Position numbers and translations under genes: made by a program. From positions 69,688,001 through 69,752,000 of the forward strand of contig NC_043003.1 in NCBI RefSeq assembly GCF_006345805.1: 64,000 nt of DNA, given 5' to 3'. The stretch is from Octopus sinensis. Its lineage: Eukaryota. The notes under the pieces were generated by a model. That model worked only from the letters and a program-made list of their open reading frames with translations, did not search any database and was not told the origin of the DNA. This document shows positions 1-13,406 of the stretch, piece by piece (position 1 is the first letter of the stretch; the number at the start of each line of letters is the position of its first letter).

Positions 1-204
1 GGAGCAGAGGAGAGAGAGAAGAAGGGGAATGGTGCGAGGAGACCATGAAGAATGGTGAAAGGAGAGAGAGAATGAAGAATGAGAGAGAGAGAAAGAACAG
101 TTAAGTGAGGGAAAAAGACGAAAAAGGAATGGGAGAGAAAGAAGAAAATATTATATATATATATATATATATGCATGTGTGTGTATGTATGTATATATCT
201 GTGT

Positions 205-421
205 GTGTGTGTGTGTTTGTGTCTGTCGCACTACCACTTAACAACCGGTGCTGGTGTGTTTATGTCCCTTGTAACTTAGAGGTTCAGTAAAAGCAATCAA
301 TAGAAAAAGTACCAAGCTTAAAACAAAAGTACTGGGGTTGATTCATTCGACCAAAAATCCTTCGAGACAATGCCCCAGCATGGCCACAGTCTAATGACTG
401 AAACAAGTAAAAGATAAAAGA
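205..421 (+). mobile_element. SINE A, 3' half
   Basis: Colinear with 18650-18850. Confidence 0.75.
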
Positions 422-649
422 TACACACACCACACAAACAGATATCTATATATGTGCATATAAGCATACCCACACACAGGTATATGTATTTGTGTTTGTG
501 TATATATGTTAGTGTGCATACATACATACATGCACACGTATGCATTTACACACAGACACACACGTATGATGATGGCTGAAAAATCTCTGATCATAGGACA
601 GCGCAGAGATGGCCAAGGATTAAACAAAGATAGTAAACACTTCAATTAA

Positions 650-799
650 CCCTTTGAAGAAAAACATATGGGAATTTAAAAAAAACCCACCGAAATCAGA
701 TATATAAAGGAAATAAAAAAGACGTATTAATTTGAGAAATCGATCGAGAGATACGGCGTTATATTTAGTAACTGCATAATAATACTACTGATCAAAGGG
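650..799. mobile_element. piggyBac-type MITE
   Basis: TTAA-CCCTTTGA...TCAAAGGG-TAAC. Confidence 0.55.
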
Positions 800-1090
800 T
801 AACCATAGAACGGGGGAGAGGTATAGAAAAAAAAGAAAGAAGAAATATAACTCTTCTTTAGAATTTTAAATTATCTCCCTTGGTAGGCGTTACTTTAGGG
901 ACAAAGCTATGCCTAGATGATATTTAAACTAGCAAATGATCAGATATATGCGATTTTGATTACATTAATCTCATCGATATATGTAATATATGTGTAAGTG
1001 TGTGTGTATGAGTGTGGGTATACACAAATACGCACACAAACATACATATACACACACATTTACATATGTGCATATATATGTGTGTGTAGA

Positions 1091-1259
1091 GGCGCAATGG
1101 CCTAGTGGTTGGGGCAGCGGATTCGCGGTCGTAGGATCATGGTTTCGATTCCCAGACCGGGCATTGTGAGTGTTTATTGAGTGGCAACACCTAAAGCTCC
1201 ACGGGGCTCCGGTAGGAGATGGTGGCGAGCCCTTCTGTTCTCTTTCACCACAACTATTC
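1091..1259 (+). mobile_element. tRNA-derived SINE (family B), 5' part
   Basis: A box TGGCCTAGTGG, B box GGTTTCGATTCC, non-tRNA body follows. Confidence 0.65.
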
Positions 1260-1787
1260 TTTGTAAGCCTAGTACTTATTCTATCAGTCTCTTTTGCTGA
1301 ACTGCTAAGTTACGGGTATGTAAACACACCAGCATTGTTGAGCGATGGTGGGGGACAAACACAGACACACACACATATATATATATAATCGGTGGACGCA
1401 CGCAGTTGTCGAGTGTAACCCGCGTGAGTGGAAAAGACCACCTGGAAGACCTCCACGACGGTGGAGTTATGAGTTCAGGAGGACGATTGGGATCACGTGG
1501 ATGAGAAAGGCGCAATCCAGAGAGGAGTGGACAGCATACTGTGACCGCCGGTGTCAAATGGACGCCTGACAGACTGGTCGGTCAAGGTGATCAAGGTGAG
1601 ATATATATATATATATATGTATATGACAGGTTTCTTTCAGTTTCCATCTACCAAATCGACTCACAAAGCTTTGGTCAGCCTGAAGCTATATTAGAAGACA
1701 CTTGCTCAAGGTGCCATGCAGTGGGACTGAACCCGGAATCATGTGGTTGGTAAGCAAATAACTTACCACACAGCCACTCCTGTGCCT
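1258..1787 (-). mobile_element. SINE A with nested RTE 3' fragment
   Basis: Head 1787-1625, body 1370-1258. Confidence 0.75.
1388..1600 (+). mobile_element. RTE LINE 3' end (second family)
   Basis: RWTHAVVE..KRPPGRPPRRW..W..REEW; TCAAGGTGA tail repeats. Confidence 0.75.
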
Positions 1788-1924
1788 ATATATATATATA
1801 TATATATATTATTATATAGAAGGAGCTTCTACAGGACTGTTTCATTCAAGAGAAATCTTCAGGAATATATGTATTGAGTACCTTATTTACTGTGGTTAAC
1901 CCCGAATCAACCCGGGACCTACAT

Positions 1925-2037
<113 letters not shown>

Positions 2038-2511
2038 ATATATATATAATATATATATATTTTGAAGAAGTTTGATTTGGTTCTGTGCTACTTCAAGTTT
2101 AGCAGGCTCCTCAAGTGAGCCTGACTCCTTCAAGCTTTGGATTGCCATATATACATATATATACACTCACACATACATTTTAACACGTGCATATTTTATT
2201 GTTATTTATTTATTTAGCCATTTGCTGGTGTAAGACAATTGTGTTAATTGCTGGAGATTTTGGTAATCAAGGGTATCCATCAAGAGAACCCTGTTTATTT
2301 CTTTGGGAGTCAAAATAGCCATCAAAACTGATAAGGGGATACTTTATAAAAAAGAGGATTGTGTTTGTGTGTGTATTTAAACATTTATATATTTAAATAG
2401 CGAGTTTATTTCAATATTTACATACCGTATATATAAATACATACATATATACATACATACATATATATATATGTATATATATAGATATTTATGTGTGCAT
2501 ATATATATACA

Positions 2512-2588
<77 letters not shown>

Positions 2589-2595
2589 TTATGCG

Positions 2596-2626
<31 letters not shown>

Positions 2627-2669
2627 ATATACATATATATATACATACATATATGCATATATATTTGTG

Positions 2670-2705
<36 letters not shown>

Positions 2706-2756
2706 TATATATATATATGTATATGTATATTTATGTGTATATACATATATATATGC

Positions 2757-2798
<42 letters not shown>

Positions 2799-3317
2799 GT
2801 TTATGTATGTATATATGTGTGTGTGTGTGTATGTGTGTGTGTGTATACATGGTAGAAGTCAAGTCATGACTAAGTAAGACCACATCTTAAACCTATTTCA
2901 CTCTAAGAACCATCAAGCATTTGGTGTCCCCATTGTTGATGACATCTTATATGACTCCTAAGATCTGCTCACAGACACACACACACACACACTTAATCAG
3001 CAGCAGCATTATTCTACACTAAATCCATGCTTGCATGTGTTAAACAAGTGTCAACAGTTGAAGCAGCTGGCACTAGCTTTGTTGTTATGTCTACCTTACA
3101 GGCTGGACTAAATAAACTCAAATCAGACCACTGGCACTAAAGAGGATGTCTGTGGTTAGAACAAGGCAATAGCTCCCAACCATTTTTTAAACTATGGACC
3201 CCTTTGACTCCTATTTTCCTGGGATAGACCTTTATAGCCATTTGATGTTAAAAATAATTCCTATTATATTTTGATAATTAAATGCCATTAGAAATTGTAT
3301 AAAAATATTGTTAAAAT

Positions 3318-3427
3318 ATTTACATTATTTACATTAGACGGCTATTTGTCCCCATCTTGTTATATACCCTCCAGCCTTCATCAGGTATCTTGGAGAAATT
3401 TTGAGCCTAAGGTATTTTTCAATGTTG

Positions 3428-3483
<56 letters not shown>

Positions 3484-3500
3484 GTTGTTATTATTATTAT
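3318..3500 (-). mobile_element. Internally deleted copy of the hammerhead-tail SINE
   Basis: CTGATGA at 3384-3378 retained, CAGCCGAAAC segment deleted; (AAT)n upstream. Confidence 0.7.
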
Positions 3501-3917
3501 TCAATAATAATGTAAATAATGTACATAATTCCTCATCTCTTAAATATAGAACTGTATTAAAATATTTTGTTTATTGCATTGGAACCCATTTTTCTGTTTG
3601 TTTTTCATTGAATCTATTGCTTCACTCTTCCTGCCACTCCACCTCATAATAACAGATTAATTATGTAACAAGCAAACAAGGAAACTTCTACAAGGTTATT
3701 TGACATACTAGAAATAACAGCCAAATCTTCATCAACTCCCATTCTACCATCTTTAAAAAAAAAGCCACATTGGATAATCTAGTTCAGAGTTTCCTGCACA
3801 TAACAAAAAAAAAAAAAAACCGGATGGTCATAGTTGGAATGTTAATCATAAGCTTACTTGATCAAGGTTAACACTGTAAATAAACAAGAACATATTATAT
3901 AAAGATCTTTCACCAAC

Positions 3918-4058
3918 CATTGTAAATTCTAGTTCTCGTACAGTCAAAGAGCCACAGTGGAGGTTCCTGTTTTCTATCTGAGGGCTGCCATCCGAATTTG
4001 TCTTCCTTGACTGGCTATTTGTATTGGCCCCTTTTTTGTCTGACAAAGCTTTCATCAT
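3918..4058 (-). CDS. DCDC1: DCDC1-like exon i (141 nt, phase 0 to 0): MMKALSDKKGANTNSQ...TVRELEFTM
   Basis: Strong acceptor tttcacttttctttcag; only one frame is open and it fits the phase; donor GTTGGT is less certain and homology is weak. Confidence 0.62.
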
Positions 4059-4179
4059 CTGAAAGAAAAGTGAAAGAAACAATTACAAACTTGCCAAATG
4101 TTATGTGCACATAAAACCCAGAATTTACCAATTCCTTCCATAACACCAGCCTTAGGAAGTCTGCTAGTGAATACAGCCA

Positions 4180-4570
4180 AAGCATCATCATTGTCGTTTA
4201 ACGTCTGCTTTCCATGCTGGCATAGGTTGGGCAGTTTGACTGAGGATTGGCAAGCCAGAAGGCTGCATCAGGCTCCAATCTGATCTGGCAAGTTTTCTAC
4301 AGCTGGATGCTCTTCCTAACACCAACCACTCCGAGAGTGTAGTGGATGCTTTTATGTGCCACTGGCACGAGGGCCAGTTAGGCAGTACTGGCAACGACCA
4401 CGCTCAAAAGGTGTTTTTTACATGCCAACTGCACAGGAGCCAGTCTGGTGGCACTGGCAATGACCACACTTGAATGTTGTTTTTCACATGCCACCAGTAC
4501 ATGTACCAGTAAGGTGGCGCTGGCAACGACCACGCTTGAATGGTGATTTTTACATGTCACCAGCACGGGA
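4180..4570 (-). mobile_element. Family C LINE 3' UTR fragment
   Basis: Matches 55900-56128; internal ~60-bp subrepeats. Confidence 0.75.
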
Positions 4571-4669
4571 GCCAGTCAGTATCCCTGTTTGTTCAACTCA
4601 AATTGTTTAGACGCATCATGATGCCACGTAGATCAATCAAGTTGTTTATATATAAGCCACAAGGAGCCA

Positions 4670-4935
4670 ACCGAAGCCTTGTGAGTGGATTTGGTAGATG
4701 GAAACTGAAAGAAGCCTGTCATATATATGTGTGTGTGTGTGTGTCCCCACCATCGCTTGGCAACCAATGCTGGTGTGTTTACGTCCTCGTAACTTAGCAG
4801 TTCGGCAAAAGAAACCAATAGAATAAGTACTAAGCTTACAAAGAATAATTCCTGGGCTCAATGTGCTCCACTAAAGGCAGTGCTTCAGCATGGCCACAGT
4901 CAAATGACTGAAACAAGTAAAAAGAGTAAAAAGAA
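4670..4935 (+). mobile_element. SINE A, 5'-truncated
   Basis: Colinear with the family A reference copy. Confidence 0.75.
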
Positions 4936-5044
4936 AAAAAAGGAATATCATATATATATATATTATATATATAATATTATTATTATTATTATTATTATCA
5001 TTATTATTATTATTATTATTATTATCATTATTATTATTATTATA

Positions 5045-5083
<39 letters not shown>

Positions 5084-5219
5084 TTAAATTATAAGGGTAA
5101 AAATTTGAATATTAATTTAATTAATACGAATTTAAAAGCAGTGGTCAGACCATATAGGGTCTACATCTAGCATATTGGATATCCACTTTGTGGTCATCCC
5201 TCTTATATGTATGTGTATA

Positions 5220-5732
5220 CTAGCAGTATCGCCCGGCGTTGCTCGGGTTTGTAAGGGAAATAACTATATAAGCATTTTTAGAGAGTTACTTCCCTTATAG
5301 ATGCCAATTCGGGCTTTCTTAGCCATTTCTGTTTTGGTGTCTTCAAGCCATGAAGTCGTTGTTCTAAAAGAACGCTGGTCTCCTTGACAATGCTTTACGA
5401 CGTTGATTTCCTTACACTCTCTTCCCTACAGCTTCACGAGGGAGGGAAGAAGGGGGAGAAGCAAACAGGTGCAGGTGTGACCATGGACGCCAACTCCGCC
5501 GCCATCGACACACGAAAAATTATGCATTAAAATGGAATAAAAAATGATGTTAAATTATTTTTAAAATCGTAGACTCATCGTAGACGCGCGCTAATACTCA
5601 GACGGGCTCGATATGAATCACGACTATAAGATACCCAAATTTGGTTAAACTGCACCGCAAAATGTGGGAGTAGTTAGGAATCTAAATCGAAGGGGACAGA
5701 CACTCACACAACTACAGTTTTATATATATAGA
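5220..5732 (-). mobile_element. Complete non-autonomous Helitron (513 bp)
   Basis: Minus strand starts TC, ends CTAG after GC hairpin CCCGAGCAACGCCGGG, inserted between A and T, no TSD. Confidence 0.8.
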
Positions 5733-5993
5733 TATATATATCAAAACGATGAATAGCCTTTGCGTAAACCATTGGTTCGTTTTGTTCTCTTACTTCATTA
5801 TCATCTTATAATCATCTCATAATAATGACCTTTATGACTCGTATTACTACCTCAGTCAACCTAAATGTATATATTTGTCACTACCTGTCATAAATAGCCA
5901 TTTTCTATTTGCAATATGCATTTTCGTTGATTTTTCATATTTTACCCTTACATTTCCACGAGTATTTTATATTTTCTTTTCGTAACATATTTC

Positions 5994-6094
<101 letters not shown>

Positions 6095-7104
6095 TAGATA
6101 TGTGTGTATGTGTTGAATATTCAGGTCTGTGTATATATATTTTGACATACAAACATGCACATACACACACACATATCTGTCTGCCTAACATGAAAGCAGA
6201 GTGTTTCCATAAAGCAAACGAAAGCATTACTCTTCATAAAAACAATGAAAACATTAAGCTAATTCTTCTTGACAAGTCAAAGACTGAATGGTTAGCATTT
6301 AGTCTGTCTTTTTTTGTTTTTTTTGTTTTTCTTCTTTTAACAAGGAAATAATATGACAGCCATTCCTGTTGAACAACATAAACAACACCCCACCGATACT
6401 CTCAGTACGGCACCACTGCCACCATCACCACTGCCACCCTAACCCTAAACCTAACACCACCATTACTATGACCATGACTACCAATATAACCACCATGATC
6501 ACTACCACAACCACCACCACCATCACCACTGTCACCCCATCCCACCATCATGCCATAACCACCACCATCCTCTCATCCTCCCATCCCACACTTCCACCAC
6601 CATTGCCATTACCAAACCCCACCACCACCATCACTCCACTACTATTACCACTGTCACCCCCGTTACCAAACTCCACCCCCACTCCACTCCACCATCATTA
6701 ACGACCATCACCCACATCTCACCACCACTACCACCACCCCACCATCATTATTGTCATCCCCATCTCACTACCCCCACACACCACCATCATTACCGCCACC
6801 CCCATCCCACTACTCCACCACCACCACCACCACCGCATACCACCACCACCGCTGCCATGGTATGCATTATTACATAAGAGCTGAGCACCAAGAATCATTC
6901 CTGTTCCAAAGGTTATTCACATAAACATAAATAAATATAAAAATAAAGAAACCAATATTTTGCAACTTGTTTTCTTTTCCCATCTTGTTTACACCTTCGT
7001 TAGTTTAAATAACATTTCAGACAAAACAACAAATCAATGCTTTGTTTTGTTTTGTTTTGTTTTTAAATTAACAATAATTTCTTTTCCTAATTTGTCTCTC
7101 TTAC

Positions 7105-7190
7105 ATTGATAACGTTTGGTCCAACAACTGGTACAGCCTTTGATAAGTTCCTTTCACCATTTTTCAGAACCATTAATCGGATTGGCGCCA
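7105..7190 (-). CDS. DCDC1: DCDC1-like exon h (86 nt, phase 1 to 0): (M)APIRLMVLKNGERNLSKAVPVVGPNVIN, DCX-like domain start
   Basis: Acceptor ttttgtgtattttcag, donor GTAAGA; A/TG codon split fits exon g; absent from the ORF track. Confidence 0.88.
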
Positions 7191-7829
7191 CTGAAAATAC
7201 ACAAAATAAACCCAAAAGTAATTGCTGTGTTAATAAATACAAGCACATCATCATTATCATCATCATCAGGATCAGTGTTTAACATCTACCTTTCCATACT
7301 TGCATGGGTTAGATGGATATTGTCGATGCAGGTTGTCTACAGCTGCATGCCTTTCCTGTCACCAACCTTTGTCAATTTCCATGCAAAGTAATAATATTTT
7401 CCCATGGCTAGACAAGATATTCACGGAAGACAGAAAATGAACAACCCCACTTGTATGATGGTGATGCTCATTTACGACAATCATGTGATAACTAGAATAG
7501 GGAACACACAAACACACGCATATATATACATACACCATATGACCCACTTTGATCCATAGCAGTCCATTTTCCAGCAGCCATCTTGGACTTCCTGATTTTC
7601 TTAATTCAGTAATCTAAGCCGGAAAGAGCAAGGTTTCTGTTAGAAACCTGTGAAACTCTTTAAGTTGTTAAAGGGTAATCAAACTGTTTTAAATAATAAC
7701 ATGTGTATATACAAGGGGATGCTTGAAAAGTTCCTGGCTTTAAGGGTATCATGAAAGGCCTGGTTGGAAACCAAACCTTCTGAGTTCTTTCATAAAAAAA
7801 ACTGAAGGAACACTGCAATAAATGTTTTT

Positions 7830-8178
7830 TAAGTCCTAGCACTTATTCTATCAGTATCTTTTGCCGAACCACTAAGTTATGGAGACAGAAACACACCAAC
7901 ACTGGTTGTCAAGCCATGATGGTGGTGGTGGTGGCAGGGGGCAAACACAAACACAAACACAGACACACACACATAGATATATACATATATATATGATGAT
8001 GGTGATATATATATATGACAGGCTTCTCTCAGTTTCCATCTACCAAATACACTCACAAGATTTTGGTCAGCCTGAGGCTATCGTAGAAGACACTTGCCCA
8101 AGGTACCATGCAGTGGGACTGAACCCAGAACCATGTGGTCAGAAAGCAAGCTTCTTACCACACAGCCATGCTTGCACC
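7830..8178 (-). mobile_element. SINE A
   Basis: Colinear with the family A reference copy. Confidence 0.75.
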
Positions 8179-8192
8179 TATATATATATATA

Positions 8193-8437
8193 TTTCTTGA
8201 TTTTTAAGTTGTGGCGCTTATGATGGTCTATATATATATATATATCATCATCATCATCATCATCATCGTTTAACGTCTGTTTTCCATGCTGGCATGGGTT
8301 GGACGGTTCAATTTGGCTTCCTAGACCCCAGTTGAACCGTCCAACTCATGCCAGCATGGAAAACGGACGTTAAATGATGATGATGATGATATATATATAT
8401 AGACCATCATAAGCGCCACAACTTAAAAATGAAGAAA
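8193..8437. repeat. Near-perfect palindrome, ~110-bp arms, 20-nt loop
   Basis: Arms contain family C tail, (TA)n and ~38 bp of flank; loop 8312-8331. Confidence 0.9.
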
Positions 8438-9658
8438 AATGCAGTCAAAGTTTTGCGACTTTCAGAATGCGATATCTTGGCAAGGAATGAAGTTAGGGAG
8501 CTGGTTTTGGTCTTAAAATGACACAAAGACCTCCTCTAATCATTCCATCTATGTAAAATTATTTACTTTTGTACGCATCTGAAAGATGAAACAATAATTG
8601 TGACTTTCTCATTTTGTAGAATATACCAGTACTATGAAATGGTGTATCGCATTGCATATTTTAGCCATAATACCCGGAAAAAGAGAGATAACGTGTAGGC
8701 TGCAGGAATAGGGGAGATAGGGAGAGAGGGAGGGAGAGGGGGAGAGAGAGAGAGAGAGAGCATGAGTTGGAAGACAATCTTACAGAGTCTCACTAGTCAT
8801 CTTGCTCCTTCCTACTCTGTCACACATATACCAATAGAGAAAACTGGACATCTTTATTGCAAGAGGGAGAGGAAAAAGAGAGAGAGAGAGAGAAAGAGAG
8901 AGAGAATTTATCCCTTCTTTGGCATCTGTTGTGATTTTATGTAATTATGTAGATTGTCGAAAGTCTTTCTGATGAGTTTTATATAATTCCCAGATACTGC
9001 CGTTTGATTAGCTAAAATAGCCATAGAATTTAAACCCATTTCATCTGACTTTGTGCATTTAAATTATAATAAAATGTTATTTGAATATTAAACGGAAAGT
9101 AAAAATGAGTGAATTCAATATTAATCAGGTGAATGTATTGGTTGATTTGTTTAAATATGTTGACTCTTCTTTTGTTTGAATATGTCGACTTGTGCTGAAT
9201 ATTAATAGTGTATGTTTGTATCTTACTGAATAAGTATAAATTAAAGTGTGTATATTGTTTTCAAAAACTGGTCGAGTTGTAAGCAAATAAAAACCCAAGT
9301 TCACTGCCTTCTTATTCAAACTGTCAGTATATTTCAGAATAGATTTGTTTTACAACAGGTGGAACCCCTTGACACAAACCTCTTTACAGTTTAGTCTCAC
9401 CATTGCTAAACATGCATATCGCCTTCCCAATCTCTAAACATCTCCCCTCACACTTATGGATCATCTCCCTCATTCCCCCTCTGTACTACTTATACTTACT
9501 CCCCACTCTTCCCTGTAGGTAGGCTCCAACACACCATCTCTTTCTCTCTCTCACTCTAACTGTCCCTCCCCTTCTACTCCTTCCCCATATGAGTGGGGAA
9601 GCCAAGTACCTATACCATAGTAAGATACCTATCTGTATTCCTCTATCATATTCTAAAC

Positions 9659-10316
9659 CAGGCATGGGTAACCTTTTTTGAGATGTGGGCTACATGAGAC
9701 ATGGCCCACCATCAAGTGGGCTGCATGAGACATGCTTCACCATCAAGTGGGCTGCATGTGTTGATTTACATTGGAGCATACATTAAAAAAAAATAGAAAA
9801 AAAGATGGGTACCCACAATGCAAAAGGCATTAATAAGGGAGGTAAGTCAGGCTGGTAAAAATTATTGCTCTTTGACACAAGCTTCCTACAACCTGTTTGA
9901 GTGAGAGAGAGAGAGAAAAAGAGTAAGACAGAGAGAGAGAAAGAGAGAGAAAAAGAGTGTGCATGTGTGTATGTGTGTGTGAGTGAGTGAACAAACAAGA
10001 ACGAACAAAGAAAACAGAGCCGCCTTGAGCGTAGTCTATGCCAGTGCCACCTGACTGGCCCCGTGCCAGTGGCACATAAAAATCACCCACTACACTTTTG
10101 GAGTGGTTGGCATTAGCAAGGGTATCCAGCAGTAGAAACCTTGCCAAATCAGATTGGAGCTTGGTGCAGCCTCTTGGCTTGCCAGACCTCAGTCAAACTG
10201 TCCAACCCATGCCAGCATGGAAAGCAGACATTAAGCGATGATGATGATGATGTTTTCCTTGTGAAATTAGGTAGGCCATTCAGAAAGCATTGTGGGCCAT
10301 AGTTTGTCCATGACTG
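9659..10316. mobile_element. hAT-Charlie-like MITE with nested family C insertion
   Basis: Ends CAGGCATGGGTAACC / GTTTGTCCATGACTG; 8-bp flanks TTCTAAAC / CTCCAACC (5 of 8 match). Confidence 0.45.
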
Positions 10317-11564
10317 CTCCAACCTCTTGTTTGGTACACAGCCATCTCTCATGGTTTCATTTTCTCTCTCAGCTGTGAGGTCTTTTGTCTTGCAAGCTAC
10401 TTGGTGACCCTCTTGGTGGTACCACACAAAAGGGACTGGCGATGGTGCCATGTAAAAAGCAATGGTGCTGGTGCCACATGAAAAGCACTGGTGATGGTGC
10501 CATGTAAAAAGCACTGGGGCTGGTGCCACATCAAAAGCACCAAGTACACTCTGTAAAGTGGTTAACATTAAGGAAGGGCATCCATCTATAGAAACTATGC
10601 CAAAACAAACAGCTGGAGCTTAGTGCAGCCCTCTGACTTGCCAGATCCTGTCAAACCATCCAACCCATGCCAGCATGGAAAACCAGATATTAAAAGATGA
10701 TGGCGATGATGAAGATTATGCTGCAGCTATACAGACATGCATGCACACATCATACATCTTCAAAAAAATGTAATATATTTCTAATTTTGAAAATTTGACT
10801 GTTGCATTAATAAGCAGAGCATATCTTGCAGGTTCTAATAATGAAATATTGTTGATATTGAGGGTGTTGTTGTTGCTGTTGTTGTTCTTGTTTGTGCTCC
10901 TGCTGATTAGTACCAGTTCTGTTTCAAACATAAGAGGCAACCAATCAATTATTTAGAAGCGACAATTAGTTCCCAATATTAAATATCTGCCAATTTTCAA
11001 TATAATTAATTTCCCTAGGCTTTCATACAATATTGGAACAAAGTGTTTAATTAATTCTACTTAATGATATATATTTTAGCCTTCTTCTAATTTGGGGATT
11101 TGAATTCCCTGGGAGAACAGACAGACTCAACAACTGAGGTATTGAATTGGGATTTCAATTTAGTTGGGTCCCGTTTAACTTCAGAGTAATCAGAACCATA
11201 CACATACGTGTGCATGCACACACACACACACATGCATACACGTACACACATACACATACATAAACACACACACATGCATGTGCATACATGTACATACACA
11301 ATGCACACACACATACATACACACGTATGTCCACATGCACATACATGCACATGCACACACACATGCATACATACATGTGCACGCACGTACATACACATAA
11401 TGCACACTCATGCTCACACACATGCACACACATACATGCACACACACACATGCACATACGTACACATACATACACATATGTGCCCATGCACACACACGCA
11501 TGTACACATGCACGCACACACACACGCATGCACACACACACATGCACACACGCATAATCAACAT

Positions 11565-11600
<36 letters not shown>

Positions 11601-11603
<3 letters not shown>

Positions 11604-11935
11604 AATTTAGAACAAACAGTAAAAGGTTGTCATTATAGTACTCGGAGTTTTGAATGTCGGCGCAAAGAGCTATGATACATTGTCAGCAGCTATGTATGTG
11701 TATATATGTGTGTGCATGTGTATGTGTGTGTGCGTGCATGTGTATGTGTGTGTATGCGTGCATGAGTGTATGCATGTGTGTGTGTACATATGTACACATG
11801 CATGTGTGTGTTTGTGTGGTTCTGATTACTCTGAATTTAATAGCCAACAAGAAGATATCGTAGCTCCTTGCTCTGTCATTCGAAACTCCGAGTACTATAA
11901 TGACAACCTTTTACTGTTTGTTTTAAATAATAACA
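11601..11935. mobile_element. MITE with ~80-bp TIRs
   Basis: Perfect 40-bp inverted match 11611-11650 / 11883-11922. Confidence 0.75.
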
Positions 11936-12010
11936 TATGTAAATAATCCTCTATTTCTCTAATATCGAGATCTCATTCTTCGTTTGTTATATATTATTAT
12001 TATTATTATT

Positions 12011-12564
12011 GAGTGAGAGAGCAGTTCATGCCATCAAAGTGACACTGGGGTAAAATATACGAAGCCCAATATACCCATCATGACTACCCGTCTGATAAAG
12101 GTACACCAGGCACATGCATCACAACCATATGTGCGCGACATGGTGATCTCATATCAAGATAAACAGCACATGACCTTGCAGGTGGGGCCCAGTTAGAATT
12201 TTCTTCAGGTTGAGTAGCCCATCCCGCTCAAACGGTCCCTGAATAAGGGTTGTTTAAGGATGTTGAAAGAACCACCCATGTTTCCAGAGGTGAACTATTC
12301 AAACCCCAAAGAATCCCTCTCAACACATGGCTATGATGCTCCCCCACTACTTCTGCTCGTGGTCAGAGATGCACATATCGTCAGCCACTAAGAGACATGC
12401 TCAACTGGTTAAGGTCAAACAACTGACAAGCAAATCTGTGGTATTGAGCAGAATATTTGCTGTAGCCCATCTTTTATACCAAGACAAAACAATGTACATG
12501 ATAACACTTCCAATCAGTTAAGATCAGAAGCCATGAGAGCCACTGCCTGGTACTGCATCAGGGC

Positions 12565-12566
<2 letters not shown>
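12011..12566. mobile_element. Unclassified 556-bp interspersed element embedded in (TTA)n
   Basis: High-complexity block with sharp borders against (TTA)n on both sides; no ORF, no TIR. Confidence 0.5.
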
Positions 12567-12649
<83 letters not shown>

Positions 12650-12983
12650 CATACATACATAAATATACATATAAATATATCGTTGTTGTGTTATTTTTGT
12701 GCTTTCTTGTTTGGCGTTAGGAAGGGCATCCAGCTGTAGAAACATTGCCAGATAAGACCTGGTGCAGCCTTCTGGCTTCCCAGATCCCCGGTAGAACCGT
12801 CCAACCCATGCTAGCATGGAGAACGGACGTTAAACGATGATGATGATGATGATGATGATATATATATATATATATATATGAGATAGAAATTAATATTCTT
12901 AAATAATATCAATTTCAACAACTGGTCAGCATACTTAAAGAACATCCAAGGACCGTGAATTATATTTAAATATATATATGAGG

Positions 12984-13406
12984 AGAGACCACTAAGTGGA
13001 TTCCTTGTATGCTAAAAACAGACATCAAACTGTCCTACCACGAAATCTATGTTCTCAAATTAGCAGTTGATTCATTGCAGTTATTTTCTGGCTTAGCGCA
13101 CTTGAATGAGGGCATTTGAATCAAATGCATGATATTGGAACTTTATACATGCATATCCTCTCACGGAGACGGGTGGTGTCCAGTTCTATTGTTGTGTCAG
13201 CACAGATTTCACTGAGAAAACATAGACAATTATTAAATTGTTCATGTGGAAACCTTAAGGTATTGAATTAAGTGCTATATTTCTTTCTTTTCATTTGTCT
13301 AGCTCGTAAACATCTAATGTCTTGCTAATTTGAGAACACAGATTTCATAGTAGGACAGTTTGACTTCTATTTTTTTAGCATACAAGGGATCCACTTAGTG
13401 GTCTCT
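12984..13406. mobile_element. MITE with ~90-bp imperfect TIRs
   Basis: Outer 34 bp match with 1 mismatch; inner TIR continues to CTCAAATTAGCA; TA-rich flanks. Confidence 0.8.

Noticed and set aside
2215-2335. Possible downstream DCDC1 exon
   Set aside because: The phase-0 frame stops at once and the open frame has no DCX similarity; the next exon is probably outside the window
2471-2877. Long YI/HT/CV/poly-M/poly-H ORFs here and at 11087-11675, 16799-17462, 19174-19866, 24471-25380, 29964-30701 and elsewhere
   Set aside because: They are translations of di-, tri- and tetranucleotide microsatellites that lack stops; not genes
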